Origin: Macrostomum lignano
Lineage: Eukaryota
DNA: 64,000 bases
NCBI GenBank assembly: GCA_002269645.1
Contig: NIVC01000110.1
Coordinates: 806,001-870,000, forward strand
Reading direction: 5' to 3'
Of the stretch, positions 45,575 to 57,597 are shown one piece after another. Below the pieces are notes generated by a model. That model was not told the DNA's origin. It did not search any database and saw nothing but the letters and a program-made list of their open reading frames with translations. Made by a program: the position numbers and the translations under genes. The number at the start of each line of letters is the position of its first letter. The stretch's first letter is position 1.

Positions 45575-45604
45575 ATTTGTCTTCTCATATTCTTCTGTCT
45601 TCTA

Positions 45605-45635
<31 letters not shown>

Positions 45636-45696
45636 TCTTATATTCTTCTGTCTTCTGTCTTCTGTCATTTGTCTTCTCATATTCTTCTGTCTTCTA

Positions 45697-45727
<31 letters not shown>

Positions 45728-45841
45728 TCTTATATTCTTCTGTCTTCTGTCATCTGTCTTCTGTCTTCTGCCATCTGTCCTCTCATATTCTTCTGTCTTT
45801 TGTCTTCTGTCTTCTGTCTTCTGTCATCTGTCTTCTTATAT

Positions 45842-45886
<45 letters not shown>

Positions 45887-45992
45887 TCTTATATTCTTCT
45901 GTCTTCTGTCTTTTGTCTTCTGTCTTCTGTCTTCTGTCTTCTCATATTCTTCTGTCTTCTGTCTGCTGTCTTCTGTCTTCTGTCTTCTGTCT
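44803..45992. repeat. (TCTTCTG)n 7-bp microsatellite with periodic variant blocks, ~1.2 kb
   Basis: Read directly. Confidence 0.95.
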
Positions 45993-46565
45993 GGGATCAA
46001 TTACCTCTAGTTAGGGGGTGTTGGGGAATGAATGAGTCAATACTGCTCATCGATTTCCTTCTAGCGAGACAGTCAGTGACAATAAAATACAGACCCAACC
46101 CAGTAATGAAGAAGCACATGAAATTGAAACATTTTTATCGATTTTTCAACTGAAAAGTAATTTTTTAAATCAGGTTTGTCCAATACAATACAATCAATCC
46201 CAACAATAAATCAATCAATAAATAAGCATTAACATCACCAATTATCAATATTACTCGACAACAATTGGAGAGAAAAATGGTGAATGAGCTCAAGGATGAG
46301 CCTTGCACCGTTATGAATATGAAAAATTGTGGTCTTGAGCAGAGCTCGGCTCCTTATGTGAGATGCAGTTGCAAGCCATAAATGCGAGGTCTGCCTCCAA
46401 GGCCTCAGGGAAAAGTGCAATTTAAACACTGTACGCGGGACGTCAATGTACGAATGCAGTCTCTCATGATCATCGGAAGAACAAAAGCGCACGTTGTCAT
46501 GGTTCTGATGATGAGTGAGTGGCACAGGCTCTACCCCACCCCAAATAGTACCCCCTATTCTGTAT

Positions 46566-47008
46566 CACAGATACTAGAATAACTAGATGGTCCACTCTGG
46601 CATATATACTTGGCAGAAGAGCTTTCTACTTTTAGTTCAGTAGCAAAGAAGAATATATAAGCTATTTTATAAGAATAAGGCAGCTGAGATGAATTTGATA
46701 AGTTTAGAAGCCCAAGCTTGCAGACGTTAACAGCTTGCCAATTAGTTCAGCCAAAATGTACATTAGCCACTGAAATGTACAATGCAGATTTAGGCTGGAA
46801 CAACCAAAGAAGGTAATTAGGTCGCGGGCCAGGGGTAGAGGTTCCATGAGGAGTTTGAGGGTTTAATAGCTTGGGAAGGGTTAGAGCCAATAAATAAGCT
46901 TTGTCTGTAAAAATACATTAGAATGTTTCTGTTTAACTTACTACTGAACTGAAAGTAGCTAGCACGCAAATGTGCTGAGTGGCCTATCTAGTTATTCTAG
47001 TATCTGTG
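46566..47008. mobile_element. 443-bp MITE (8-bp TSD; P- or hAT-like)
   Basis: Perfect 23-bp TIR CACAGATACTAGAATAACTAGAT, TSD TTCTGTAT (46558-46565, 47009-47016), empty site at ~2015. Confidence 0.9.
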
Positions 47009-48894
47009 TTCTGTATGAGCTACCTGACATGAGGTAGATTAGACAGATTTTCTCTCTGTCTGGAAAGTACAGCACATGCTAGTGCAACAGTAAAGATCCC
47101 ATTGTGTGAAGCGAACACCAATAACAAGCGTTACAGAAAATATAAATGTACGCAATTGCGTTCAGTGAGAATGCGCAGCTCTCGCTCCTCCTCATCCTCC
47201 TCCCTCTTCTCGCTCTCTCCCCATTCTCCAAACTTCCTAGTCCGGGCTAATCTACATGTACTCAGAGGATATGCAGAGTCAGCAGCTAACCACATCTCTA
47301 GACTCAAAAGACTTACAAGGAACCTCTTTTTTGAATCAGCCCGAGACTGCAACATCCCGGTCCAACTCAGAGATCACCTGGAGACTCATCAAGATGGAAG
47401 CACGACAGTATTGATAAGTAAGTAGCCTGTGCCTCTCCTCTTCACTGAATTGCTGAACGGAATTGCGCGATGAACATCTGCTTGAGACTGTAACAATCAA
47501 GGAAGCAGTAGATGTAGAACATTCATGTTCAGGATTAAAGATCGAGAGAGACTTGTTTAACTAGCACAGAGGCAATTGGGGACATTGTCAGAGAGAGAGA
47601 GGTTCTAAAGAAGTGTTAGTCTAGGTAGAACTGAGTCAACAAGTCATATTTGCAAGCGAAGGAGAATGCGAATGAACAGAACTCTACCTACGAAAGCATT
47701 TATTTATCGACAGACAGATGTGGTTAGCTGCTGACTCTGCATATCCTCTGAGTACATGTAGATTAGTCAGGACTAGGAAGTTGGGAGAATGGGGAGAGAG
47801 CGAGAAGAGGGTGACAGAAGACAGAAGACCGCTCGCGAGCGCCTCTACCAAGCTGCAGGGCAGGGTCTGTAACGCCAACACAGGTGCGTACCCATCAACC
47901 CAGTTCGAGGGGCTGAAAATTATCCTTAATTTACCTCCTTGCATTTATTTATTAGGACGGAGGCTATGAAATCCGCCTCCCAAATTTTCGGACATGAAAC
48001 GATAGAAATGACTGCACCCTCTGGCTTCATGCCGATCAGAAAACTCCAATCCCGCATATCGAGTTCTACCGTCGCAACCTTATCACCGTCCACATCCACC
48101 CGGTCAATATGAATAGCCGTCTGTAAATGTATAGATATATTCCAGCCCGCCATCCCTGCTCGAGCCGGCACCCCGCTAGATGTCGGTGTGAACCGGCGCA
48201 GCCGCGGGCACCCGCTGCTTCACCGACGGCTCACTGCTTAGCTGCGGCGATCGCCATCTAGCTTTCACGATGGCAAGACGCTCTTTCAGGAAAGGCTGCA
48301 GCTCCCCGAGGACCCCTCGGCCATTGAGCAGCTGTGTGCCCAGAAATTTCAACATGCATTTTTACACTGATGGTCAAGTCGTTGTCAAGGCCTCAACCAC
48401 CCTTTAAAGTTTCCACTGCAACTATAGCTCGTATCTCAATTCTGCCGCAGTTTGTAATCTCTCTCAGTCCTTTACAGGGATCAGAATCACCTGGACACCC
48501 GGTCACAGCAATATCCTGAGTAACGAGCCCGCAGATTCTCCTGCCAAGGACAGCAGCAACCCAGATGACAACCACAGTTTGGAGAGGCTACCCAGTGCCA
48601 AAGGCCGCAAATCACCCTCCATATCAGCAGGTGGCTCCACCAGCAACACCAGCCCCCTCTGGAACATGTAATACTTGCGATATGGCAAATAGTTGGCTCT
48701 TGACAAACCTACTTGGAGCGATTTGAGAATTCGAAGCTGACCTTCTTGTCCTACCAGACTACCAGACCTACCTACCAGGCTGGTGACGAAGAACTGGTAC
48801 AAGTAAATGATTGACAAGAGTGAAAACAATTCCAGATAGAGAGTTCAATTCATCACAGATTTTTTGTTGATAATATTAGCGGATGGATAATGTC

Positions 48895-48985
48895 TTGATG
48901 GATGATCTAAGGATGGATAAGGTCTTGATGGATGATCTAAGGATGGATAAGGTCTTGATGGATGATCTAATGAAGGATAAGGTTT
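48895..48985. repeat. 30-bp tandem repeat x3 (GGATGGATAAGGTCTTGATGGATGATCTAA)
   Basis: Read directly; not expanded in the other spacer copies. Confidence 0.8.
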
Positions 48986-49391
48986 GGATCCATAAACTTA
49001 ACTCGGTAAATTTAGACTAGTAATTCAAATTATTATAGCAAGCACTGGTTAATGCAAATAAACATTAACAACCGAATCTCGATATGAGCCAGACCTCAAA
49101 TACTTAAAGTCTAGTTAGAAGTTAAATACTCGTACTTTCTTACGAGTGACAGCAGATGGAAAAATTGCCGGGAGTTGGGAGAGAAGGCAGGAAAGGCCGA
49201 AGATTGAGAGTCAGATTGTGAAAATGCATTTCTACTTATAGTCAGTCGACCCCCACCCACCAAGACGGTTGGTGGGTGTCTGTAATCCGTAGATCCTTGG
49301 AAGAGTGAACTTGATGAGGTGTTCTCATCTAATTATTTTGACCTATTTCGAACGAAACAATTGGCTTTGCGTACTTAGAACGAGAGAGGAC

Positions 49392-49847
49392 CGGGCGCTC
49401 ACCAAGAGACAGGGGCGCCAACTAAGAGACAGGGGCACCCACCAAGAGACAGGGGCGCCCATCAAAAGACAGGGGCGCCCACCAAGAGACAGGGGCACCC
49501 ACCAAGAGACAGGGGCGCCCACCAAGAGACAGGGGCACCCACCAAGAGACAGGGGCGCACACCAAGAGACAGGAGCACCCACCAAGAGACAGGGGCGCAC
49601 ACCAAGAGACAGGGACGCCCACCAAGAGAGAGTGGCACCCACCAAGAGACAGGGGCAACCACCGAAAGACAGGGACGCCCACTAAGAGAGAGTGGCACCC
49701 ACCAAGAGACAGGGGCGCCCACCAAGAGACAGGGACGCCCACCAAGAGACAGTGGCACCCACCAAGAGACAGGGGCGCCCACCAAGAGACAGGGACACCC
49801 ACCAAGAGACAGGGGCGCACACCAAGAGACAGGGACGCCCACCAAGA
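49392..49847. repeat. Inverted short copy (~23 units) of the 20-bp minisatellite
   Basis: ACCAAGAGACAGGGGCGCCC units with the same flanks as 16425-19500. Confidence 0.95.
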
Positions 49848-50834
49848 ACTGGAAACTGTGATATGCCGCCTGCAGCTGTCCAGTTAGTTGTGGCTGCCAC
49901 GCCTCACCCTGATGGCGGTGAGACTGGCTTGTGCGATCGGCCCATATCACCGATGTGCCCGCAATCAAAGAGTCCATTTTATTTTCTTAGAACTGACAGT
50001 GAGGAATGAGTGCTTGAAAACAATTTACTGGATCGTAATGCACAGCAAACATTGTATTTTGTATCAATTGTTTACATTTAGCTACGAGGTTAAATAACAG
50101 TTTATTAGGCTAGAAAATTTAGGGTCGCACTATAAAGCTGTCGTAGCATAAGTTCGATCGTACGTCGGAACTTCTACACTGCGAAGATAGGAGCTGAGAT
50201 CGATCTTATCTTACGATGGCTTTATAGAACGGGCCCTTTGTCTCTTGTTGGTGTTTAATTGCTGACAAACCAATGAAACTCAATCAATGTTCGCGTTAGA
50301 AAATTATAAATAATGTCTGAAAATACTGATATAATAATAATATCAATTTTACAATACCTAATTCATTCAGTATGTATATAAAATTGGATACAAAATTTCA
50401 CAACAGGTATCTCACGAAAAACTGAGAGATTTTTTCACAAATAATCATTTCATGCGATAACTGACACACAGTCCAATGTGTATAATATGGCATACTACGA
50501 GGGTAGCGATAGTAAATCTTCACGTCCCATTGTGTGGGGAGGGACAGCAGAAAGTACATTAAGACAGTAGATTTCCCAATTGTACACTAGGAAGATTTGA
50601 AGGAAAATCTATATGAGAAAAAGTAAAAGTTTAATGAGACGTAGAGTCAGATGCAGGTATGAGAGTAGAGCAAGGTGATGCCTCCCAGTCGCAATCAGTC
50701 AGCCAAATCAGCTCCGAGAGTAACAAAACAATTCCGCACACTGCAGTGGTCAAACTCAGGTGACAATCTGATTACCGATAATGCAGAAATTCATCTTGCC
50801 GCTGCGAGCTGACAGGCTGAAGAGAAAATGAAAC

Positions 50835-53800
50835 TCAATCCAGCGGCTCCTCACGCAGCCCAGGGAGCTCTAGCTTCTCTCTTCTGAAACTCTCAGCTTC
50901 CTCCTCAGCTTGCAGACGCTCAGCTTCATCCTCAGCTTGCAGACACTCAGCTTCATCCTCAGATTTCAGACTCTTATCAGCTTCATCCTCAGATTGCAGA
51001 CTCTCATCAGCTTCATCCTCAGATTGCAGACTCTCATCAGCTTCATCCTCAGATTGCAGACTCTCATCAGCTTCATCCTCAGATTGCAGACTCTCATCAG
51101 CTTCATCCTCAGCTTGCAGACGCTCAGCTTCATCCAGGGCTTGCGTAACCAGCTGAAATAAATGGGGTTTCATAAAAACTGAAATGTACTGCTGTACTAA
51201 AAGTGGTAGCTGATTTTTTTGCCGGATTGAGGCAGTAAAAAATTCATAAAAGTATTTTCTTTAATTTTCAAATTCTGTCATAAACAACAAATTACCGATC
51301 TCTAGGAATGAGCACTTACTGATCTCATTGCTTCATCTGAAAAAAGTAACGATTCGCTAGATGGGTCGTCAAAGAAAAACTGCATCATTTCCTTCAGCCC
51401 CTCTGGAGATCCAACTGCAGCGCGAATGTTGCGGATTTCTTTGGGTGGTAGGTATCGAAGAAAACGGCAAAAAAATCCAATATACAGATCCGAAAATCGG
51501 TCCCGTAATTCTGGGCTTGCCAGCAGCTGAAAAATAAAAATTGAAATCAAGATGCATCGACAGGTGGAAGTCAATGAAATGCACAATCAAAAAAAATTTT
51601 AAAAATCTTACTACTGATGCGGCATGATGAATGACCTCAGGATACGCCTCATAAAACTCATCCATCATTCCGAATTGAGGGGACAAAGAACCGTCTTCAA
51701 TCATTTCAGCCAAATTAAAAGCTTCACCGCGAATTTCAGAGACGGTTGCTGAAGAATTTCTTATGATATTTTGCCTCTCAACTATAGCTGACTCCCGACC
51801 AGACAGCGAATCATACAGCCGGACAAAGTCAACTAAAAGCAGCCCTATCTGATTTAATGCAATTATATTGAGTAAATGTTGCTTTGAAGCAGCTGGCAGA
51901 AAATCGAAATCCAGTTCCTCTTCAAACCAAAAATAAAAAGCCGTGGCGGAGTCGGTCTCCTCAAGGTGCCGCCACACGAGCTCCTTCGCCTCGCCCACCG
52001 ACAGCAGCTCGCTGCCTCCGCCAGGACTCTCCGGACACTCGATGCCGCTGCTATCCTGGCCCGTCAGTCCTGCTGCAGCACCGGCCGCATCCAGCGGTGC
52101 TCCGACTTTGAGATGCGCCATCAACCTGAGGCTCTCTCTGGCTGATCTGGCGCAGTCTGGCAGCTCACCGATCAGCTGCAGCAGCTCCGACAGGTGCTCG
52201 GACTCCGACTGACCCCGCCGGTCCGAGCCGAGTTTAAGCAGGCAATGACTCACCAAGCCGTAGATTGAGCTGTAGCCCGAGTACCGCTGCACGTCACTTG
52301 AGATACGGAAGTTCACCAACAGCCGGAGAGGCTCGAACCGCACAGAGTTGGTCGCATTTTCTCTCAGCTGGCCTTGGAATTGATGCAGCCAGCGAGGAAG
52401 CTCGTCAATCACCCCATGGACCGCATCCACAATGTCCTTCTTCGGCTGCTGACCCTTCTTGAAGTACACGTCGGCATCTCGTAGGAAGAAGTGCTTCATG
52501 CACACTGTATCGGAGTCTGAGCTCTCCATCATCTCAACCAGCAGCTGCAGCGACTGCCGCACGAGTTGCAGCAAGTTGTCTGGCTCCCATTCTTCTTCCG
52601 GCGTCTCGTCGAGCATGTAGAACAGCAGGTTCTTGGCCATGTACGTCTTCAGACCGCTCACCTTCATCTCGATGCTGATCACCTTCTTGATGAGGAACTT
52701 GACGAGGATGAAGAACTGGCCCTGCACGGTGGTGAGGCTGTGCATGACGGCTCTCTCCAGCAGGGTTGTGCTCACCCGCATGCAGCTGCCAGGCGGTTTG
52801 TGAGGAAGCGACGCAGCGACCGCGTGACACTTTGGAGAGTCGCCGAGAGCCTCCTGGTTGAGCTGGTTCAGGATGCGCTGAGACATCTGGGACGGCTGGC
52901 CTCTACGGTTTGAGTAGCCGGGCTGCAGCAGCTCGATGCAGGGGTAGCGGCAGCAGGGCACGGCGATTATGCGATCGAAATTCACATATGCAGTATAAAA
53001 CTTCACGATTTCTTCTAGATCAATTGTCGCCATGTTGGGTCCTGTCGCTGTGGATGTGTACAATTGTGTTTATTGACATGAACGCTTTCCAAAACAACTT
53101 TGAAGAATACATGATTCATGAACTTTTTTGAAACTTTAGAATAAAGTTACGATACTAAGACAAGATTTAGATCATTTATATTGATTCCAACAAAAACTTC
53201 ACGTCACGTCACGTCAACCAAGTATTGATTGTCTCTGATATTGTCGTGGCTAATTTTGTTATTCATACGCAACAAATGCCGGAATAACTGCCCTTTACTT
53301 CAACGGAGTGCAGCTAGAGAGCAGAAAGCCAGAAAAGCAAAAAACAAAGGCGGAAAGTGTCTGCCTACAGGCCACCCACTCGGACCACAGCAGTCTGTGT
53401 GAGCGTCAAGACTTAACGCAGTTAATCCTGCCAGTATGCGTGTCAGTGCTGCATCATCTGACACGAACTCCCTCCTGCAGGCTCCCCTGCAAGCTTCAAA
53501 AACCCATAGAGCCGGGTCGAAGCGCACGAAACAAGCTACGAAAGAGCTTGAAGCAACTACCCGCTACTCTAGAGGGCCCATGCATCTAAAGAGAAACTGG
53601 TTTATATGATCACATGCTCAGGAAGCACTGAGCTACTCACAGCCATGCTCATAGTAGGCGTGTCCGTTCTCGCACTGCACTCGGATCACCACTCGGATCG
53701 CATCTCTGTCGCATCCACTGCAGCCGGTCCAGCCGGCAGAGCCGCAGTCCAGGCACAGAAGTCTATCGGACTCCATGAAGGTGACGTCAATGTCGGAGTC

Positions 53801-55663
53801 CCGGCTGATCTCCCCGTTCAGAGTCTCCAGGCTGCTGCCCCATCCGTCTGCAAAGCTGCCGAACACGAAGATGTTCTTGTTGTCCATCAGGTCTCTCAGG
53901 ATGTCCTGCAGCGCGGCCGCAGTGCCGCTCTGAACTGCTGCGTTGGCCTGCTTGAAACCGGCGGCTCGCATGGCTTCGGACAGCCGCGAGCTGAACTGGC
54001 GCTGCTCCTCCGCTGACCGGACGGTCGGCGCTGCAAGCGACGCTGCGGCTGAGGGGGGCGGCTCGGCGGCTGAGTAGAATGCGGAAAATATACTGGCCAA
54101 CTCTACCGGGATGTCCGCTCCGGCAGCAAGCAGCAACTTTCTGACTGAGGCATTGCCTGGAAACATAGCAAAACGCGACACCATGAGGCCCATCAGCCCT
54201 GTCTGATCCCAGCGGACACCAGCATCGATAAGAAGTTGCACCGCCTCTGTGAAACCAGTCGACAATGCATTCCCAAACCACTCCATGCTGTTTTTTTCAT
54301 TGATGTCGGCAGAGGCGTCAATCAGCATCCGAGCCATGGACAGCTGCCGACAGATAATGGCCTGGTTGACCAAATCCTCATTCTTGTTGCTGCTCATATC
54401 GGCTGAAGCTCCAGCTCGAATCAGCTCGCTGACGATCTCTGAGTTTTTCATATATACAGCCGCGGACAGGGGAGTTTGGCCTCGGTTGTTCAGCAGGTCG
54501 ACCCTGGCTCCAGCTTTGAGCAGCATGGCAACCACATCTGCTCTTCTTTTACCAACTGCAATGTGTAGCGGGGTGTTGCCATCGGAGTCTCGAGCGTCGA
54601 CATTCAACCTGGCACTGATCAGCAGCTTTGCGATCTCCTTACAATCACTCCAGACTGCGAAATGAAGAGGCGTTACACCAGCATCTGATGATGAATCAAC
54701 ATTGGCTCCGGCTCTGATGAGAACTGCGGCTGCCTCAGTCCTGTCACTTTCCGCTGCACGGTGAACAGGAGTGAAGCCTACTTCATCCGTAATATCGACA
54801 TTCACACCTGCGTTAAGTAGCCGGCTCATCACATCAATGTTTCCAAATATTACAGCCACATGCAGTGGAGTTGAACCACGAGGACAGTTCGGGTTTCGCC
54901 TGTCGGGATCTGCAGCGGCACTCAGCAATATTCGAACGATTTCGGGATTGCCCAGCACCGCCGCGGCGCTCATCGCCGGCCCTTTCAGGGCATAAAGAAA
55001 CCTTCGTTGCGCTATGAATAGAATCTGCTGCAATGAAATCTGACCAAGCGGAGCTGTTAGAAAATGCAAAATCAGCTGCCGAAGTGCCTCCAGCTCGAGC
55101 TCCGAGGCGCAGCAGTTCGAGTCCGCCCCTGCGGCAGTCAGGGCGTCCACAGCGCCAGCCCGGCCGAGCAGGACGCACAAAAACAGCGGAGTCGGCAGCG
55201 GCCCGGCGGCTCCCGAGACCGGTGGCGGCTCCTGACGGCTGTCGGTGGCGGCGCAGGTCGGTCCGGCCAGCAGCCGCGCGATGTCGTCGCCGGACTCAAT
55301 GGTCGCGGCCAGGTGCATCGGCAGGGCGCCGCCCACCGTCCGGACGGCTGGACTCGCTCCGGCTCGCAGCAGCAGCCGCGTCAGTCGCTCGCTGCCACCG
55401 AGGACGGACTCGTGCAGCGGCGTAGAGCCGTCGGCTGCGGCCAGGTCGACGTTCGCCGAGGCCTCCACGAGCAGCCGCGCGGCCTCTGCGTTTCCTAGAA
55501 AGCTGGCGACGTGCAGGAAGGACCTGCCGTCAGAGTCCTGCTCGTCAGGACTGCCGCCACGGCTAAGCCACTCAGTGAGGAGGCCGCAGTCTCCCGACTC
55601 GACTAAATTTAGCACCGACTTGAACTCAGATGGGCTGAGAGGTCGCTTGTAGAAGGCCGTCAT
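50835..55663 (-). CDS. ANK-cGLR copy 3. Predicted exons 55663-53641, 53047-51320 and 51152-50835; one frameshift near 51595.
   Basis: Same ANK, GS/DxD, third-Asp and Mab-21 motifs as copy 1. Canonical GT/AG sites with matching phases (1 and 0). The frame changes in an A/T homopolymer tract, so this may be an error or a true lesion. Confidence 0.8.
50890..51135 (-). repeat. 27/30-bp coding repeats in the terminal exon of copy 3 (EDEADESLQS / EDEAERLQA)
   Basis: Read directly. Confidence 0.85.
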
Positions 55664-57597
55664 GGCTGTCTACGGATATGCTGCCTTTTTACGAGCTAAT
55701 TTTTTCCGACAGTGTTTAGTCTTTCTCTGTAAATGCTTTACGTCCCCTGGTAATGAATTTTTCTGCTTTCTTATCGAGGCAGTGGAGCGCCTCTGTACGT
55801 TGGAGAATCTTCAAAGATGCGAGCGAGAGACAACTTTTGTGGAGAGAATAGAATCTGTGAATTTTTCTCACCGAACCGACTGTTATGGTTTTTTCGAGCT
55901 CTGCCGTCCAAACGATGAGAGCCTTCTGAGTGGTCACGTGATTCACTAGGAGAGAGACGGGTCGGAAAAGTGTTCTTATTCTTCTATTCAGTGTGCTTAT
56001 TCTTTTGCATGCTCTCCTTGCTGTTCGGTGCTTTGAGAGGCCGAAGTTTGATCTTGACGTTCTTGCTTCAAAGCTTTTTGGATAGAAATTATACTATAAA
56101 ACTCTTTTCAGTTTGTGTAGAATAAACTTCTCTTATCAGCTGGCTTCATAAATGAGCAGCAAATGTGAGGTGTAGATGCCGGCTTGCATGAATATTTCAT
56201 GATGAAGTACCGATGAAGGTTCATCATTGCATTTTCTAAACTGCAATGTCAAATGAATGATCATTATTGATCATTGTGCTTCAGATGTACATGGTACATC
56301 TAAAACTGGCAAGACTAAGACTATACCAAGTCTTAATTCATCCTTACGTTTTTTAGATCGTTCTGCAAAGTGAATTTTCGATAATGTACTCGTAGATTTA
56401 AGCCTCCGGTAGTCGTTGATCAACGTTGAGCTTGTTGCTCATAGATGCTCATGCGCAGGCACATGCATACCATAAATGGCTCTTTCAGACTCCTAATAAA
56501 GAGACTCTCCCACATAACGCTAATAACTAGGGCTGCGTAGTGTACACTATATGTGGCCTTGTCGGTTGGTAGGCTGGCTGGGGTGTTGGCGCAAGTGGCT
56601 GGTCTGGCTGTTCGTTTGGCTTTAGCTTTGGCGTGCCCTCCACAGCGCCCTGCCCCATGCTGTGTGCTGATTGGTTGGCTGCGGCCGGGCTGGCTGTGGC
56701 ACGAGGGCTGCGTCCTGGGGCCCGTGCTATAGAATACTCTTAACTCCTAAATCCTTAAGAGTGTCCTAACTCCTAGCTCCTAGCTGGCTTTTCTGTGCTA
56801 TAGAATCAAGAGTAAATTTTAAGAGCTAGGAGGCTCCTTAAGGACGTTAGGAGACTCCTTGGTGAATTTAGGAGACCTCATTAAGGTTTGTAGCGTGCTT
56901 TAGAATAAGGAGCGGGGAGTAGGAGCTAGGAGCTAGGAACTGCCGTTTAGGAGTGAGTTTTAGGAGTGCGTGCCCTATAGAAGGAGCGAAATTCATTTCT
57001 AGCTCCTAACTCCTAGTTAAGATTTAAGGGCCAAATTTTATTCTTAGGTTAGTAAGAGTGTCTTTTTTCATGTTTTCGGACAGTGAGCCATTCTCGGACA
57101 ATGGGGAGCTAATGATAATGATCGGGGACCCAGGAAAATTAAGCAAAGAATAAACTTTTTCGAAGAATTTCATATTACACAAACGTGGTACACTGACTCA
57201 ATAAGAATGAACACCACTTTCAATAAACATGTTGCATCTTAAACATCACAAATCTTAGATTTCGATATCTTACTATTTTGTTTATGGCAAAAATGGGCAC
57301 TGTTTTGCTGAGTGCAAAAATGACCACTTTTATGGTGGTCTAATTATAGCACCCTTCTTATACAATTCTTATACTCGTACGAGTGATAGTTGTTTATCAA
57401 ATGGGAGCAATTAATTACAATAGCAGTAGCAGTTAAACCACTTTCTATTGACTTAGTCTATCAAGTATTTAAATGCGCTCCCTTGACTTACTTGACTTAG
57501 CTGCAGGGGGCGTCCGGCGGATGCAGCGGGGAGGCGGAGGAGACCGCCCATTCCGCTAGCCCCTGGCGACCAATGACTTCCGTTGAAGTGAAGTCGC

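Larger units (their letters stand above)
47714..55663 (-). repeat. Right arm of the large inverted duplication (spacer + minisatellite + ANK-cGLR copy 3)
   Basis: Reverse complement of sequence in 11.8-21.06 kb and 44.55-47.3 kb; the innermost arms are 47205-47297 and 47714-47810. Confidence 0.85.

Noticed and set aside
44687-46153. 488-aa and 425-aa hydrophobic ORFs resembling membrane proteins
   Set aside because: Translations of the (TCTTCTG)n microsatellite; the paralogous sites lack the tract.
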